Source of the DNA: Haplodiscus bocki
Taxonomy: Eukaryota
DNA length: 64,000 nucleotides
Assembly (NCBI GenBank): GCA_965655095.1
Contig: OZ296653.1
Coordinates: 25,358,001 to 25,422,000, forward strand
Direction of reading: 5' to 3'
The translations under genes were made by a program, and so were the position numbers. Below are positions 25,491-39,232 of this stretch, piece after piece (position 1 is the first letter of the stretch; each line of letters begins with the position of its first letter). Below the pieces are notes generated by a model. It saw only the letters and a list, made by a program, of their open reading frames with translations. It ran no database searches and was not told the origin of the DNA.

Positions 25491-28400
25491 CTAAAACTCT
25501 TCACCAGAGCTCAGGATTACATCATGACGTCTTTTTCGTTGCGGTACTTCTTCAGGCTCACTTGTAACTTCCTCAACCGTTTCATCATCAAGGTAGGGAT
25601 TTCTGAATGACGTAGAGATTTCTTGTCCATAGGTTGCATAGAAGTCCGTAGCGTGTTCTCTCATGTCAGTTGCAAGATCAACCAACCAATCGTCATCTAA
25701 ATCAGATTCACTATACTCTTCTTGATGTAAACCAGGATCTGGTGGTGTCCAACTATCATTCAAGATTTCACTAAGGGTGTCGCTATGACCGTCTCGAGCT
25801 CGAGGTGGGGTATTTGAGCGTGGAAGGGTTCTGTTAGATTTGTTATCGAATTGACTGGGGCCATATTCTCTAACTAAAGTTTCCCAGTCTGGACTTGCAA
25901 CAATTTCCTCACCCCAGTCAGGATCTGCTAATATTTCACGGAAAGCCACTCTGTCTCTCACCAAATAATGGCCAAATGGTACAGTTTCGATGCCGTTCTC
26001 TAAAATGTAAAGTTTATCATCGAAAGCGGACAAAGATATTTGCTGCTCGAAATAGTTTCCAATTGATGAAGGGCAGATTCGATGCGTATATTATTGGTTC
26101 TAATGCTGTTGGTTGTTGATAGAACTGTTTTGTAAATATCGTGTTTAAGATTTGTCTGTGCGAATCGAGATACGCCCTTAGCGGAGAGTTTTCGATTATC
26201 TCCAAACTTTATGGAGTACATTTTCGGCTTGAGTCCGACAAAATCTTCAAGAAATTCACCCGCCATCTCGTTTTTGAAGGGAAGTGTAACCATTTTGTTT
26301 CCATTATGATAAAAAGGGTGATTTTGTGGGTAGCTTGAGAAATCGAAGTTTTTTCTCAGGTTTGCATTTCCCGCTAACTCTTTGTAAAGGTCAACATGAT
26401 TTATTTCGTAGAGAAGCGAGTCCGTGTCTGAGTAAAATAGTTGACAATCAAATGCATTTTTCTTAACTTTGTAGTGGAATGAGAACAAGTGAAAATTCGC
26501 AAGTTCGAGAACACATGCTCCGACAGTGGTTGGTTTGTTCCAGTAAATTTTCGTTTCAGTGTTACAGCAGCTAAATTTTCGTCAAAGATTTTGAATGCAT
26601 CAAAGACTTATCAGTGACGCGTTGCGCTTCGCCGATTGATCGTTTTAATTGCACATGAACTCAGTTTCTCTTACTCTCGAGAGTCTTCCCATAGCAGCTG
26701 TTGTTCATCAGCTTGAAAAACCCTTTATGGAAAATGTTAACCGATCGCTGTCTATTCTCTGTGTTGAGCAAGAGGTATGGGCGTAACCAAAGTGATTGAC
26801 GAAACTGCGGAACTCTGTGAACTTTCTTTACTATTAAGCCCAGCTCCACATACAACTTCAAATTGAGATAGTGCACAGTGTAGTTGCTTTTGTTGTTCAG
26901 TGTCTGCATCAGTTTTTGGTGATTCAATTTTTTACTTCCATTTACTCAAATAGTTCAATTGAAATGTATGTATGTCGTAGTTGGATTGTATGTATTGTAT
27001 TAAATTATATGTATGTCGTAGATGTATGTCGTGGTTGGAAGAGTTATGTGCTATGACCGGGATAAAATTTATGCTTCGTCGTTTAAGGTTGCACTGATCG
27101 TGTGCGTAACCTAGAAATTTTCCGGTGTAATGGCAGTGATCTAGAACCTTCAACTCATCAAGGAATCGCTTCTCACAAATCCAACAGTCGGTAACTTGAT
27201 CAATTGAAAAGTCCGGTCTACCTTTGTAGATGCGATGAGTTTGCTTTCTCTGGTAAATTTCCCTTGCAAGTGCTTGAAGATGTATTGCCAATTTTTGCAT
27301 GCACGTTGATGATCGATCTGTAGAAACATGTACCGGTTGCAATGAGCCTCTTTCAATTAACACCAGACAAAAACAGCAAGGTGTGTGCTTTTCCAAAGTG
27401 CGAGTCCAGCTATTTGAGGGATTATTATCACAACTTTGTATGGGAATGACGAGGGATTCCAAATCGAAATATATAACAACTGGAGCAAATGCTCGTGCAT
27501 TGAAGTTTTTGAATTCAACTTTGTCAGCATTTGATGCGGGCATTTCAATTGCTGCTGCTTCTAATTTCACACAATTGTTATGATGATTGATATAACTTTC
27601 CTGTGAGCAAATGTGAAAAGTTACGACACAATTTGTCATCACTTCGTGGTCGTCTCTGTTTAATGTGATTGACTAGGCTCAATATGTTTGTAATGAAAGC
27701 ATAATGATAAATTTGGTCGTCTTGTAAAAGAAGAAGGTCCAGCGTGAACTCAAAGTCGTAATTTTTTGATAAACGCAATGGGAACACCTGTTTATTTTCA
27801 TACCTGAAAACATTTACTTGTACGTTATTGAGAATCTCAAATTTTGCCATGTCTTTGAATCCCATGGGCATTTCAAAGTCCCCTATTGCTTGATGAGCTG
27901 AAGGGGTCACTGCTGTAGAGTGGCGGACTTGTAACTGTTCGCCAAGTATCAGTTTGTAACGGTGGACCGTAGAATAAGTGGTAAGCCGCTGTAAAACAGT
28001 AAAGGAAGCATTTGTTGTCAAGATGGTTACCAATGTTCAACAGGCTCCGTACTCCCTGCAATTCCGATGGTAAAGCTAAGTAAGACGATCCTCTCACCGG
28101 TGCAAAGTTAGCCATTTTCAATTCCAGTTTTGATTTTTGTCCACTATCCACCCACTCCCATGGGCTGTGAATGAGAATAACGTTGGAAGCAATTTGTCTA
28201 TCATCTCGAAAAATGTTTCTTTTGCCAGACCTTGAGCAAAAACAGGAATCATATCCGTGTTCAAATGAACTTCTATCTTGTCGGTATCTTCTTCAATTGG
28301 TTTTTGTAATAGAAGTTTCACTGAAAGTTGTACTTTCACTGGCTGTCGTTGCGAGTTTTCCATCAAAGTTTCTCGAATCAGAGTTTCCTTCTCGAGCAAA

Positions 28401-28780
28401 AATTCTACCAGGTCGTGTTTATCTTCCGTCTCAACTTTGAAGATTTTGAATGTGTCGTTGAAAGCTGAACTGAAGTTTCGGTCGTCTTTTTTATCTGTCT
28501 GATTACGCATGGGAAGTGAGTGCTGTTCACGTAGATGTTTTCTGAAATCTGATTCCGTCATAAAAACTTTCTTGCAGTAAACGCAGATCCGTGACGGCTT
28601 CCCATTGTGTTGGGATGACATGTGCACTTGCATTTCTAATAGTATTTTACAGCTGAAATCACAAGAACTGCAGAATAATTCATGTTCATTCTTGTTCAAG
28701 CCATCAATTTTCTTACGATGTCGATCTAGGTTTTGTCGATTTGCAAAACTTTTGGAACAAATATCACAACGTTGCATTAT
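25491..28780 (-). pseudogene. Protein-primed DNA polymerase B, copy 1: the only copy with the C-terminus, but with a ~1-kb internal deletion and frameshifts
   Basis: N-terminal C2H2 fingers (CDIC...H), YFDLES (ExoI), CWICE...LDHCHYTGKFLGYAHDQCNL, IAHNSSN (ExoII), KLMNNSCYGK (motif B), YSDTDSL (motif C), FVGLKPKMYS, SAFDDK..ILENGIETVPFGHY and an acidic tail. Confidence 0.92.
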
Positions 28781-29275
28781 GAGAACGAATTGAATTGAAA
28801 AAGAATTTTTGTTACAAATGCTTTTGTTTTCTGATTGGTTGAAAGATTCAATCAATTTGAAATCCTATTTTCTTGGATCTTCATTGGCATCTCTCTCTGA
28901 TTGGTTGAAAAAAAGTTTGATTATGAAATTCTTCTTGAGGTAGCCGCTTGCTTGTGCTATGTTGCCACAATCCTTCGCGCTGATGCCTTTCATTTAGAGT
29001 TCACTGTCACTTCCATCTTTTCAGTTGCATAGATTGACTTTTCTACTTCGGGAGAAAAGGACGTTCGCGAGATGACTTTTGTCTTGAACAGTGATACAAA
29101 AAGCTGTCGCAAAACGGAATTTAATTTTTATCAACACTCAAGTATAAATAAAAAAGCGGAAATTCAAGTCGAAAGATCCGACATATCAAAAATAACAAAA
29201 TAGAAGTTTTGATGGCTCATACCAAATTCAGCTTCTCGTTCTCACAGCTCTGAGAAATCGAGTCGTTCCCCAAAC

Positions 29276-29953
29276 TCAAAAAAAAACTCCTGTGATACTT
29301 TTGGGTTTCTTCGGAGCCGGAGGACACTCTTTTTCGTTTGAACCCATTTTCTCAGGAGTCTTGTTGGCACGTAAAAACATCAGCATTTGAAATGTTTCCC
29401 GCTGTTTTCGGCTCTCGATAAACCAGCAAATCACCTTCTTCGGTACTGTTTTCATTGACAAGTGTCTCGAAAGGTGATGGAAGTGTTACTTCTTTCGTCC
29501 TTTGAAATTCTTCTTCCTTGACTATGTCCCAGAACCATTCAAGAGTCTCTAGGTCACTGAAGTACCCCCATCTGATTCTCCGAGAATGGTATTTCTTCAC
29601 AATCGCACTTGAATATTACTTTTTTGACCTGCGTCGGTAACTCCAAGCGATCGACTACTGTTTTTGCTCGATAACTGTTGGTTGACGTTGGGACGTTTTC
29701 AAGAACGGTAGAAATTCTTAGACCTGGATAATTGTTGATTCACGTTGGGACGTTTCCAAGACTGGTAGAAATTCTTGGACCCGATGCTTTCAGTTTTCAG
29801 ATATCCATTAATGGTTTTGGTAACGATACTGAAGTCATATCTTGCCAATCTTCGTCCATCATTTCCCAATAACAACAATTTTATCATTGAACCAAGTTTC
29901 GTAAAATGTGTATCTAGTATAATCGCTAAAGTCAATAAAAGTTTGAATATCAA
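29276..29953 (-). pseudogene. Small Maverick ORFs upstream of pPolB (repeated at 33455-34132 and 37599-38309)
   Basis: Short ORFs, one with a 57-nt internal duplication (SKNFYQSWKRPNVNQQLSR twice, the second W changed to stop) and one ending ECPPAPKKP. Confidence 0.4.
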
Positions 29954-30130
29954 TTTTCATTTCAGAATAAATGTTTCGAGGACTTTAAAAAGCAAGTAGT
30001 TGGTTTTGTCGTAAAAAAAAAGTATGCTAGAATAGTGAAAGAAATCAGAACTTGACAGCAGTTCACTGTTGATGAAAATACTGGTTGTATTTTGTTGGAT
30101 TATCACGAGTTACACAAAAACTGTTTTGCA

Positions 30131-32959
30131 TGTCTGCATCAGTTTTTGGTGATTCAATTTTTTACTCCCATTTGTTCAAATAGTTCAATTGAAAATCGCT
30201 TAAGAACTTTTCTTCAATGTTTTCTTTTGTGGGCGCGAGAGGAAAATCTTTATGTTGATCATGAAGATAGTCGGGGTACTCCAGATCAACCTCAAGAATA
30301 TATCCAACATCTGAATCGAGATCCGTATTGAGAATTTCTTGGATGGGGATCTCAACTTTCTGGAAGTCTTTTAGAGGAAGAGGTAGTTTTTCCATAACCC
30401 CACCATATAAATTGTTAGCGTCCAGAAGTAGTCCAAAACTCGATTCATTATCAGGGTTGAAGCTGTTCATGAACTTTTTGTTCGCTCTGAAAAATCGTTT
30501 CGAGAAGATTGAAGCTACACCGCCTCGAATCACATTTTCGGCCATTTCAAGGTGTTCACGGTCTGTCAAAAGGTGAAGGTCGGCTCGACAAAATTTGATG
30601 AAAGCATCACCTGACAGGTCAGAACTAGTGAAATAATGTGTGCTGTCAAGGCCATATGTGTCTTAACAAAGCTTTCTGAATTCTTCCACTACACAGGCAA
30701 GCAGCAATGTGTCCGTTTTCAAGTACAGGTTGTGATAGTCGCCCAGTGTTTGACAAGCAAAAGTAGCAAAAACTTTTTCAGCATGTGCGTATTCTGTTTC
30801 ATTCAAGAAAATTTCATTGCCATCAAGACTGTTGGTCCAGTAATTTATAGGGGAAGTTGATTTTCTTGGAACTTCTCGAAAGAATCGAAATAACTGTAGG
30901 GATAAAATCCTTTCTGATGTAAAAGCTCTCTTTCTATCGGCTGATAATTTTGAAAGTGGTTGTCTAGTATTTGAAAACTTTCTGTCGGCAGATAACTGAC
31001 CAGCTTCTCCAACGATGAGGGTAAAAAGCGGTAAGAGTCGTTAAACCTCAAGTACTCGTAAACATTGTTAACGACACCTCTCTTATCTGTAAAGAATTGA
31101 CTCTTACACCAACATTTACCGTGATATAATTTTCGTTGGTAACAGGTACAAGTTCAATTTTGCATTCTGACTCGAATTCATGTAAATTCTTACATAAATG
31201 ATGTATGTCGTAGTTGGAAGAGTTATGTGCTATGACCGGGATAAAATTTATGCTTCGTCGTTTAAGGTTGCATTGATCGTGTGCGTAACCTAGAAATTTT
31301 CCGGTGTAATGGCAGTGATCTAGACCCTTCAACTCATCAAGGAATGGCGTCTCACAAATCCAACAGTCGGTAACTTGATCACTTGAAAAGTCCGGTCTAC
31401 CTTTGTAGATGCGATGAGTTTGCTTTCTCTGGTAAATTTCCCTTGCAATTGCTTGAAGATGTATTGCCAATTTTTGCATGCACGTTGATGATCGATCTAT
31501 AGAAACATGTACCGGTTGCAAGGACCCGTTTTCAATTAACACTAGACAAAAACCGCCAGGTGTGTGCTTTTCCAAAGTGCGAGTCCAGCTATTTGAGGGA
31601 TTATTATCACAACTTTGTATGGGAATGACGAGGGATTCCAAATCGAAATATATAACAACTGGAGCAAATGCTCGTGCATTGAAGTTTTTGAATTCAACTT
31701 TGTCAGCATTTGATGCGGGCATTTCAATTGCTGCTGCTTCTAATTTCACACAATTGTTATGATGATTGATATAACTTTCCTGTGAGCAAATGTGAAAAGT
31801 TACGACACAATTTGTCATCACTTCGTGGTCGTCTCTGTTTAATGTGATTGACTAGGCTCAATATGTTTGTAATGAAAGCATAATGATAAATTTGGTCGTC
31901 TTGTAAAAGAAGAAGGTCCAGCGTGAACTCAAAGTCGTAATTTTTTGATAAACGCAATGGGAACACCTGTTTATTTTCATACCTGAAAACATTTACTTGT
32001 ACGTTATTGAGAATCTCAAATTTTGCCATGTCTTTGAATCCCATGGGCATTTCAAAGTCCCCTATTGCTTGATGAGCTGAAGGGGTCACTGCTGTAGAGT
32101 GGCGGACTTGTAACTGTTCGCCAAGTATCAGTTTGTAACGGTGGACCGTAGAATAAGTGGTAAGCCGCTGTAAAACAGTAAAGGAAGCATTTGTTGTCAA
32201 GATGGTTACCAATGTTCAACAGGCTCCGTACTCCCTGCAATTCCGATGGTAAAGCTAAGTAAGACGATCCTCTCACCGGTGCAAAGTTAGCCATTTTCAA
32301 TTCCAGTTTTGATTTTTGTCCACTATCCACCCACTCCCATGGGCTGTGAATGAGAATAACGTTGGAAGCAATTTGTCTATCATCTCGAAAAATGTTTCTT
32401 TTGCCAGACCTTGAGCAAAAACAGGAATCATATCCGTGTTCAAATGAACTTCTATCTTGTCGGTATCTTCTTCAATTGGTTTTTGTAATAGAAGTTTCAC
32501 TGAAAGTTGTACTTTCACTGGCTGTCGTTGCGAGTTTTCCATCAAAGTTTCTCGAATCAGAGTTTCCTTCTCGAGCAAAAATTCTACCAGGTCGTGTTTA
32601 TCTTCCGTCTCAACTTTGAAGATTTTGAATGTGTCGTTGAAAGCTGAACTGAAGTTTCGGTCGTCTTTTTTATCTGTCTGATTACGCATGGGAAGTGAGT
32701 GCTGTTCACGTAGATGTTTTCTGAAATCTGATTCCGTCATAAAAACTTTCTTGCAGTAAACGCAGATCCGTGACGGCTTCCCATTGTGTTGGGATGACAT
32801 GTGCACTTGCATTTCTAATAGTATTTTACAGCTGAAATCACAAGAACTGCAGAATAATTCATGTTCATTCTTGTTCAAGCCATCAATTTTCTTACGATGT
32901 CGATCTAGGTTTTGTCGATTTGCAAAACTTTTGGAACAAATATCACAACGTTGCATTAT
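30131..32959 (-). pseudogene. pPolB copy 2 (N-terminal ~two-thirds)
   Basis: Retains FNDSYRFLPSSLEKLV, KGFYPYSYFDS, IRGG and LLLDANNLYGGVM (motif A). Truncated before motif B. Confidence 0.9.
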
Positions 32960-34309
32960 GAGAACGAATTGAATTGAAAAAGAATTTTTGTTACAAATGC
33001 TTTTGTTTTCTGATTGGTTGAAAGATTCAATCAATTTGAAATCCTATTTTCTTGGATCTTCATTGGCATCTCTCTCTGATTGGTTGAAAAAAAGTTTGAT
33101 TATGAAATTCTTCTTGAGGTAGCCGCTTGCTTGTGCTATGTTGCCACAATCCTTCGCGCTGATGCCTTTCATTTAGAGTTCACTGTCACTTCCATCTTTT
33201 CAGTTGCATAGATTGACTTTTCTACTTCGGGAGAAAAGGACGTTCGCGAGATGACTTTTGTCTTGAACAGTGATACAAAAAGCTGTCGCAAAACGGAATT
33301 TAATTTTTATCAACACTCAAGTATAAATAAAAAAGCGGAAATTCAAGTCGAAAGATCCGACATATCAAAAATAACAAAATAGAAGTTTTGATGGCTCATA
33401 CCAAATTCAGCTTCTCGTTCTCACAGCTCTGAGAAATCGAGTCGTTCCCCAAACTCAAAAAAAAACTCCTGTGATACTTTTGGGTTTCTTCGGAGCCGGA
33501 GGACACTCTTTTTCGTTTGAACCCATTTTCTCAGGAGTCTTGTTGGCACGTAAAAACATCAGCATTTGAAATGTTTCCCGCTGTTTTCGGCTCTCGATAA
33601 ACCAGCAAATCACCTTCTTCGGTACTGTTTTCATTGACAAGTGTCTCGAAAGGTGATGGAAGTGTTACTTCTTTCGTCCTTTGAAATTCTTCTTCCTTGA
33701 CTATGTCCCAGAACCATTCAAGAGTCTCTAGGTCACTGAAGTACCCCCATCTGATTCTCCGAGAATGGTATTTCTTCACAATCGCACTTGAATATTACTT
33801 TTTTGACCTGCGTCGGTAACTCCAAGCGATCGACTACTGTTTTTGCTCGATAACTGTTGGTTGACGTTGGGACGTTTTCAAGAACGGTAGAAATTCTTAG
33901 ACCTGGATAATTGTTGATTCACGTTGGGACGTTTCCAAGACTGGTAGAAATTCTTGGACCCGATGCTTTCAGTTTTCAGATATCCATTAATGGTTTTGGT
34001 AACGATACTGAAGTCATATCTTGCCAATCTTCGTCCATCATTTCCCAATAACAACAATTTTATCATTGAACCAAGTTTCGTAAAATGTGTATCTAGTATA
34101 ATCGCTAAAGTCAATAAAAGTTTGAATATCAATTTTCATTTCAGAATAAATGTTTCGAGGACTTTAAAAAGCAAGTAGTTGGTTTTGTCGTAAAAAAAAA
34201 GTATGATAGAATAGTGAAAGAAATCAGAACTTGACAGCAGTTCACTGTTGATGAAAATACTGGTTGTATTTTGTTGGATTATCACGAGTTACACAAAAAC
34301 TGTTTTGCA

Positions 34310-37134
34310 TGTCTGCATCAGTTTTTGGTGATTCAATTTTTTACTCCCATTTGTTCAAATAGTTCAATTGAAAATCGCTTAAGAACTTTTCTTCAATGTT
34401 TTCTTTTGTGGGCGCGAGAGGAAAATCTTTATGTTGATCATGAAGATAGTCGGGGTACTCCAGATCAACCTCAAGAATATATCCAACATCTGAATCGAGA
34501 TCCGTATTGAGAATTTCTTGGATGGGGATCTCAACTTTCTGGAAGTCTTTTAGAGGAAGAGGTAGTTTTTCCATAACCCCACCATATAAATTGTTAGCGT
34601 CCAGAAGTAGTCCAAAACTCGATTCATTATCAGGGTTGAAGCTGTTCATGAACTTTTTGTTCGCTCTGAAAAATCGTTTCGAGAAGATTGAAGCTACACC
34701 GCCTCGAATCACATTTTCGGCCATTTCAAGGTGTTCACGGTCTGTCAAAAGGTGAAGGTCGGCTCGACAAAATTTGATGAAAGCATCACCTGACAGGTCA
34801 GAACTAGTGAAATAATGTGTGCTGTCAAGGCCATATGTGTCTTAACAAAGCTTTCTGAATTCTTCCACTACACAGGCAAGCAGCAATGTGTCCGTTTTCA
34901 AGTACAGGTTGTGATAGTCGCCCAGTGTTTGACAAGCAAAAGTAGCAAAAACTTTTTCAGCATGTGCGTATTCTGTTTCATTCAAGAAAATTTCATTGCC
35001 ATCAAGACTGTTGGTCCAGTAATTTATAGGGGAAGTTGATTTTCTTGGAACTTCTCGAAAGAATCGAAATAACTGTAGGGATAAAATCCTTTCTGATGTA
35101 AAAGCTCTCTTTCTATCGGCTGATAATTTTGAAAGTGGTTGTCTAGTATTTGAAAACTTTCTGTCGGCAGATAACTGACCAGCTTCTCCAACGATGAGGG
35201 TAAAAAGCGGTAAGAGTCGTTAAACCTCAAGTACTCGTAAACATTGTTAACGACACCTCTCTTATCTGTAAAGAATTGACTCTTACACCAACATTTACCG
35301 TGATATAATTTTCGTTGGTAACAGGTACAAGTTCAATTTTGCATTCTGACTCGAATTCATGTAAATTCTTACATAAATGATGTATGTCGTAGTTGGAAGA
35401 GTTATGTGCTATGACCGGGATAAAATTTATGCTTCGTCGTTTAAGGTTGCATTGATCGTGTGCGTAACCTAGAAATTTTCCGGTGTAATGGCAGTGATCT
35501 AGACCCTTCAACTCATCAAGGAATGGCGTCTCACAAATCCAACAGTCGGTAACTTGATCACTTGAAAAGTCCGGTCTACCTTTGTAGATGCGATGAGTTT
35601 GCTTTCTCTGGTAAATTTCCCTTGCAATTGCTTGAAGATGTATTGCCAATTTTTGCATGCACGTTGATGATCGATCTATAGAAACATGTACCGGTTGCAA
35701 GGACCCGTTTTCAATTAACACTAGACAAAAACCGCCAGGTGTGTGCTTTTCCAAAGTGCGAGTCCAGCTATTTGAGGGATTATTATCACAACTTTGTATG
35801 GGAATGACGAGGGATTCCAAATCGAAATATATAACAACTGGAGCAAATGCTCATGCATTGAACTTTTTGAATTCAACTTTGTCAGCATTTGATTCGGGCA
35901 TTTCGATTGCTGCTGCTTCTAATTTCACACAATTGTTATGATGATTGATATAACTTTCCTGTGAGCAAATGTGAAAAGTTACGACACAATTTGTCATCAC
36001 TTCGTGGTCGTCTCTGTTTAATGTGATTGACTAGACTCAATATGTTTGTTATGAAAGCATAATGATAAACTTGGTCGTCTTGTAAAAGAAGAAGGTCCAG
36101 CGTGAACTCAAAGTCGTAATTTTTGATAAACGCAACGGGAACACCTATTTGTTTTCATACCTGAAAACATTTACTTGTACGTTATTGAGAATCTCAAAGT
36201 TTGCCATGTCTTTGAATCCGATGGGCATTTCAAAGTCCCCTATTGCTTGATGAGCTGAAGGGGTCACTGCTGTAGAGTGGCGGACTTGTAACTGTTCGCC
36301 AAGTATCAGTTTGTAACGGTGGACCGTAGAATAAGTGGTAAACCGCTGTAAAACAGTAAAGGAAGCATTTGTTGTCAAGATGGAAACCAATGTTCAACAG
36401 GCTCCGTACTCCCTGCAATTCCGATGGTAAAGCTAAGTAAAACGATCCTCTCACCGGTGCAAAGTTAGCCATTTTCAATTCCACAGTTTTGATTTTGTCC
36501 ACTATCCACCCACTCCCATGCGCTGTGAATGAGAATAACGTTGGAAGCAATTTGTCTATCATCTCGAAAAATGTTTCTTTTGCCAGACCTTGAGCAAAAA
36601 CAGGAATCATATCCGTGTTCAAATGAATTTCTATCTTGTCGGTGTCTTCTTCAATTGGTTTTTGTAAAAGAAGTTTCACTGAAAGTTGTACTTTCACTGG
36701 CTGTCGTTGCGAGTTTTCATCAAAGTTTCTCCAATCAGAGTTTCCTTCTCGAGCAAAAATTCTACCAGGTCGTGTTTATCTTCCGTCTCAACTTTGAAGA
36801 TTTTGAATGTGTTGTTGAAAGCTGAACTGAAGTTTCGGTCGTCTTTTTTATCTGTCTGATTACGCATGGGAAGAGAGTGCTGTTCACATAGATGTTTTCT
36901 GAAATCTGATTCCGTCATAAAAACTTTCTTGCAGTAAACGCAGATCCGCGACGGCTTCCCATTGTGTTGGGATGACATGTGCACTTGCATTTCTAATAGT
37001 GTTTTACAGCTGAAATCACAAGAACTGCAGAATAATTCATTTTCATTCTTGTTCAAGCCATCAATTTTCTTACGATGTCGATCTAGGTTTTGTCGATTTG
37101 CAAAACTTTTGGAACAAATATCACAGCGTTGCAT
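34310..37134 (-). pseudogene. pPolB copy 3 (N-terminal ~two-thirds)
   Basis: Same motifs as copy 2, with private substitutions and frameshifts. Confidence 0.9.
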
Positions 37135-38879
37135 TTTGAGAACGAATTGAATTGAAAACGAATTTTTGTCGCAAAGGCTTTTGTTTTCTGATTGTTTGAA
37201 AGATTCAATCATTTTGAAATCCTATTTTCTTGGATCTTCATTGGCACCTCTCTCTGATTGGTTGAAAAAAAGTTTGATTTTGAAATTCCTCTTGAGCTAG
37301 CCGCTTGCTTGTGCTATGTTGCCACAATCCTTCCTGCTGATGTCTTTCATTTAGAGTTCACTGTCACTTCCATCTTTTCAATTGAATAGATTGACTTTTC
37401 TACTTCGGGAGAAAGGGACCTTCGCAAGATGACTTTTGTCTTGAACAGTGATACAAAAAGCTGATGCAAAACGGAATTTATTTTTTATCAACACTCAAGT
37501 ATAAATAAAAAAGCGGAAGTTCAAGTCGAAAGATCCGACATATCAAAAATAACAAAATACAAGTTTTGATGGCTCATACCAAATTCAGCTTCTCCTTCTC
37601 ACAGCTCTGAGAAATTGAGTCGTTCCCGAAACTCAAAAAAAACTCCTGTGATACTTTTGGGTTTCTTCGGAGCCGGAGGACACTCTTTTTCGTTTGAACC
37701 CATTGTTTCAGGAGTCTTCTTGGCACGTAAAAACATCAGCATTTGAAATGTTTCCCGCTGTTTTCGGCTCTCGATAAACCAGCAAATCACCTTCTTCGGT
37801 ACTGTTTTCATTGACAAGTGTCTCGAAAGGTGATGGAAGTGTTACTTCTTTCGTCCTTTGAAATTCTTCTTCCTTGACTATGTCCCAGAACCATTCAAGA
37901 GTCTCTAGGTCACTGAAGTACCCCCATCTGATTCTCCGAGCATGGTATTTCTTCACAATCGCACTTGAATATTACTTTTTTGACCTGCGTCGGTAACTCC
38001 AAGCGATCGACTACTGTTTTTGCTCGATAACTGTTGGTTGACGTAGGGACGTTTTCAAGAACGGTAGAAATTCTTAGACCTGGATAATTGTTGATTCATG
38101 TTGGGACGTTTCCAAGACTGGTAGAAATTCTTGGACCCGATGCTTTCAGTTTTCAGATATCCATTAATGGTTTTGGTAACGATACTGAAGTCATATCTTG
38201 CCAATCTTCGTCCATCATTTCCCAATAACAACAATTTTATCATTGAACCAAGTTTCGTAAAATGTGTATCTAGTATAATCGCTAAAGTCAATAAAAGTTT
38301 GAATATCAATTTTCATTTCAGAATAAATGTTTCGAGGACTTTAAAAAGCAAGTAGTTGGTTTTGTCGTAAAAAAAAAAGTATGATAGAATAGTGAAAGAA
38401 ATCAGAACTTGACAGCAGTTCACTGTTGATGAAAATACTGGTTGTATTTTGTTGGATTATCACAAGTTCCACAAAAACTGTTTTGCATGTCAAAAACCTA
38501 CGTTTTGGTACGTAAATTCAAACAAAGTCTAGACATCTAATTTCTTATCACGCATAGTCCAGACATCCTATCTCTTTCAAGTTGACGATGTGTACAAAAA
38601 ATGAAAGTCTGATGTTTCGGCGTCTATCTTTTCTTTGCGATGTGATTGTAAACAAAAGCTCTTATCACATGTATTCGCTCCATGTTTGGTTGCTATGGTT
38701 TCTACGATGTGCGCTTTGCTAGTACTTAACCTAGATATGTTTATTTTTTTGATTGATGAATATGAACTAGGTCAGAAGGTAAACACATGAACCCAACTTT
38801 CATTCTTTTCAACATTAGTTTCTCTGTTCAGTTAACTTCCTAGTCAATCTCAGTTTCACTACTTTTCAACTTTAATTTT

Positions 38880-39232
38880 TAACTCAACCAAAAGGAGTCG
38901 GCCTTTCACCTCTTCTATCGACAAAGAGTTCGGAGATAGTTTCATCGACATCTCAAAAACTGAAAGAAGATTATTGAGGGTTACTACAAAAACCTACGAA
39001 AGTACTGGAACCTATCTTTTCCTGAAACTCTTTAAAAAATGAGCTGATGGTGAATTTTACATCGATCAGCGTTCCTGAGTTTCAAGAGATGATCAATAAC
39101 GTGGAAAACATTAACATAGGACCGCAATCTGGAAAGAGAGAAACTACTGCAGGAGCGCTGAAACGACCCGAAAAGCGGTTCCAGAATAAAGCACATGCAA
39201 AATCAACTAAAGTCTTAACTAATTCAATTTAA
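38880..39232 (+). pseudogene. PC4/Whirly-like ssDNA-binding ORF, the only + strand gene seen in the element
   Basis: FIDISKTERRLLRVTTKTYESTGTYLFLKLFKK*ADGEFYIDQR-SVPEFQEMINNVENI fits a PC4-like beta-strand plus helix pattern. One stop and one frameshift. Confidence 0.45.

Larger units (their letters stand above)
26901..38491. repeat. Tandem triplication of a ~4.18-kb unit (26901-30130, 30131-34309, 34310-38487)
   Basis: ORFs recur at +4179 and +4178 offsets. TGTC microhomology at 26901, 30131, 34310 and 38488. Confidence 0.95.

Noticed and set aside
27299-38355. Repeated + strand ORFs within the triplication
   Set aside because: Antisense shadows of pPolB and neighbouring ORFs, repeated only because the DNA is repeated.
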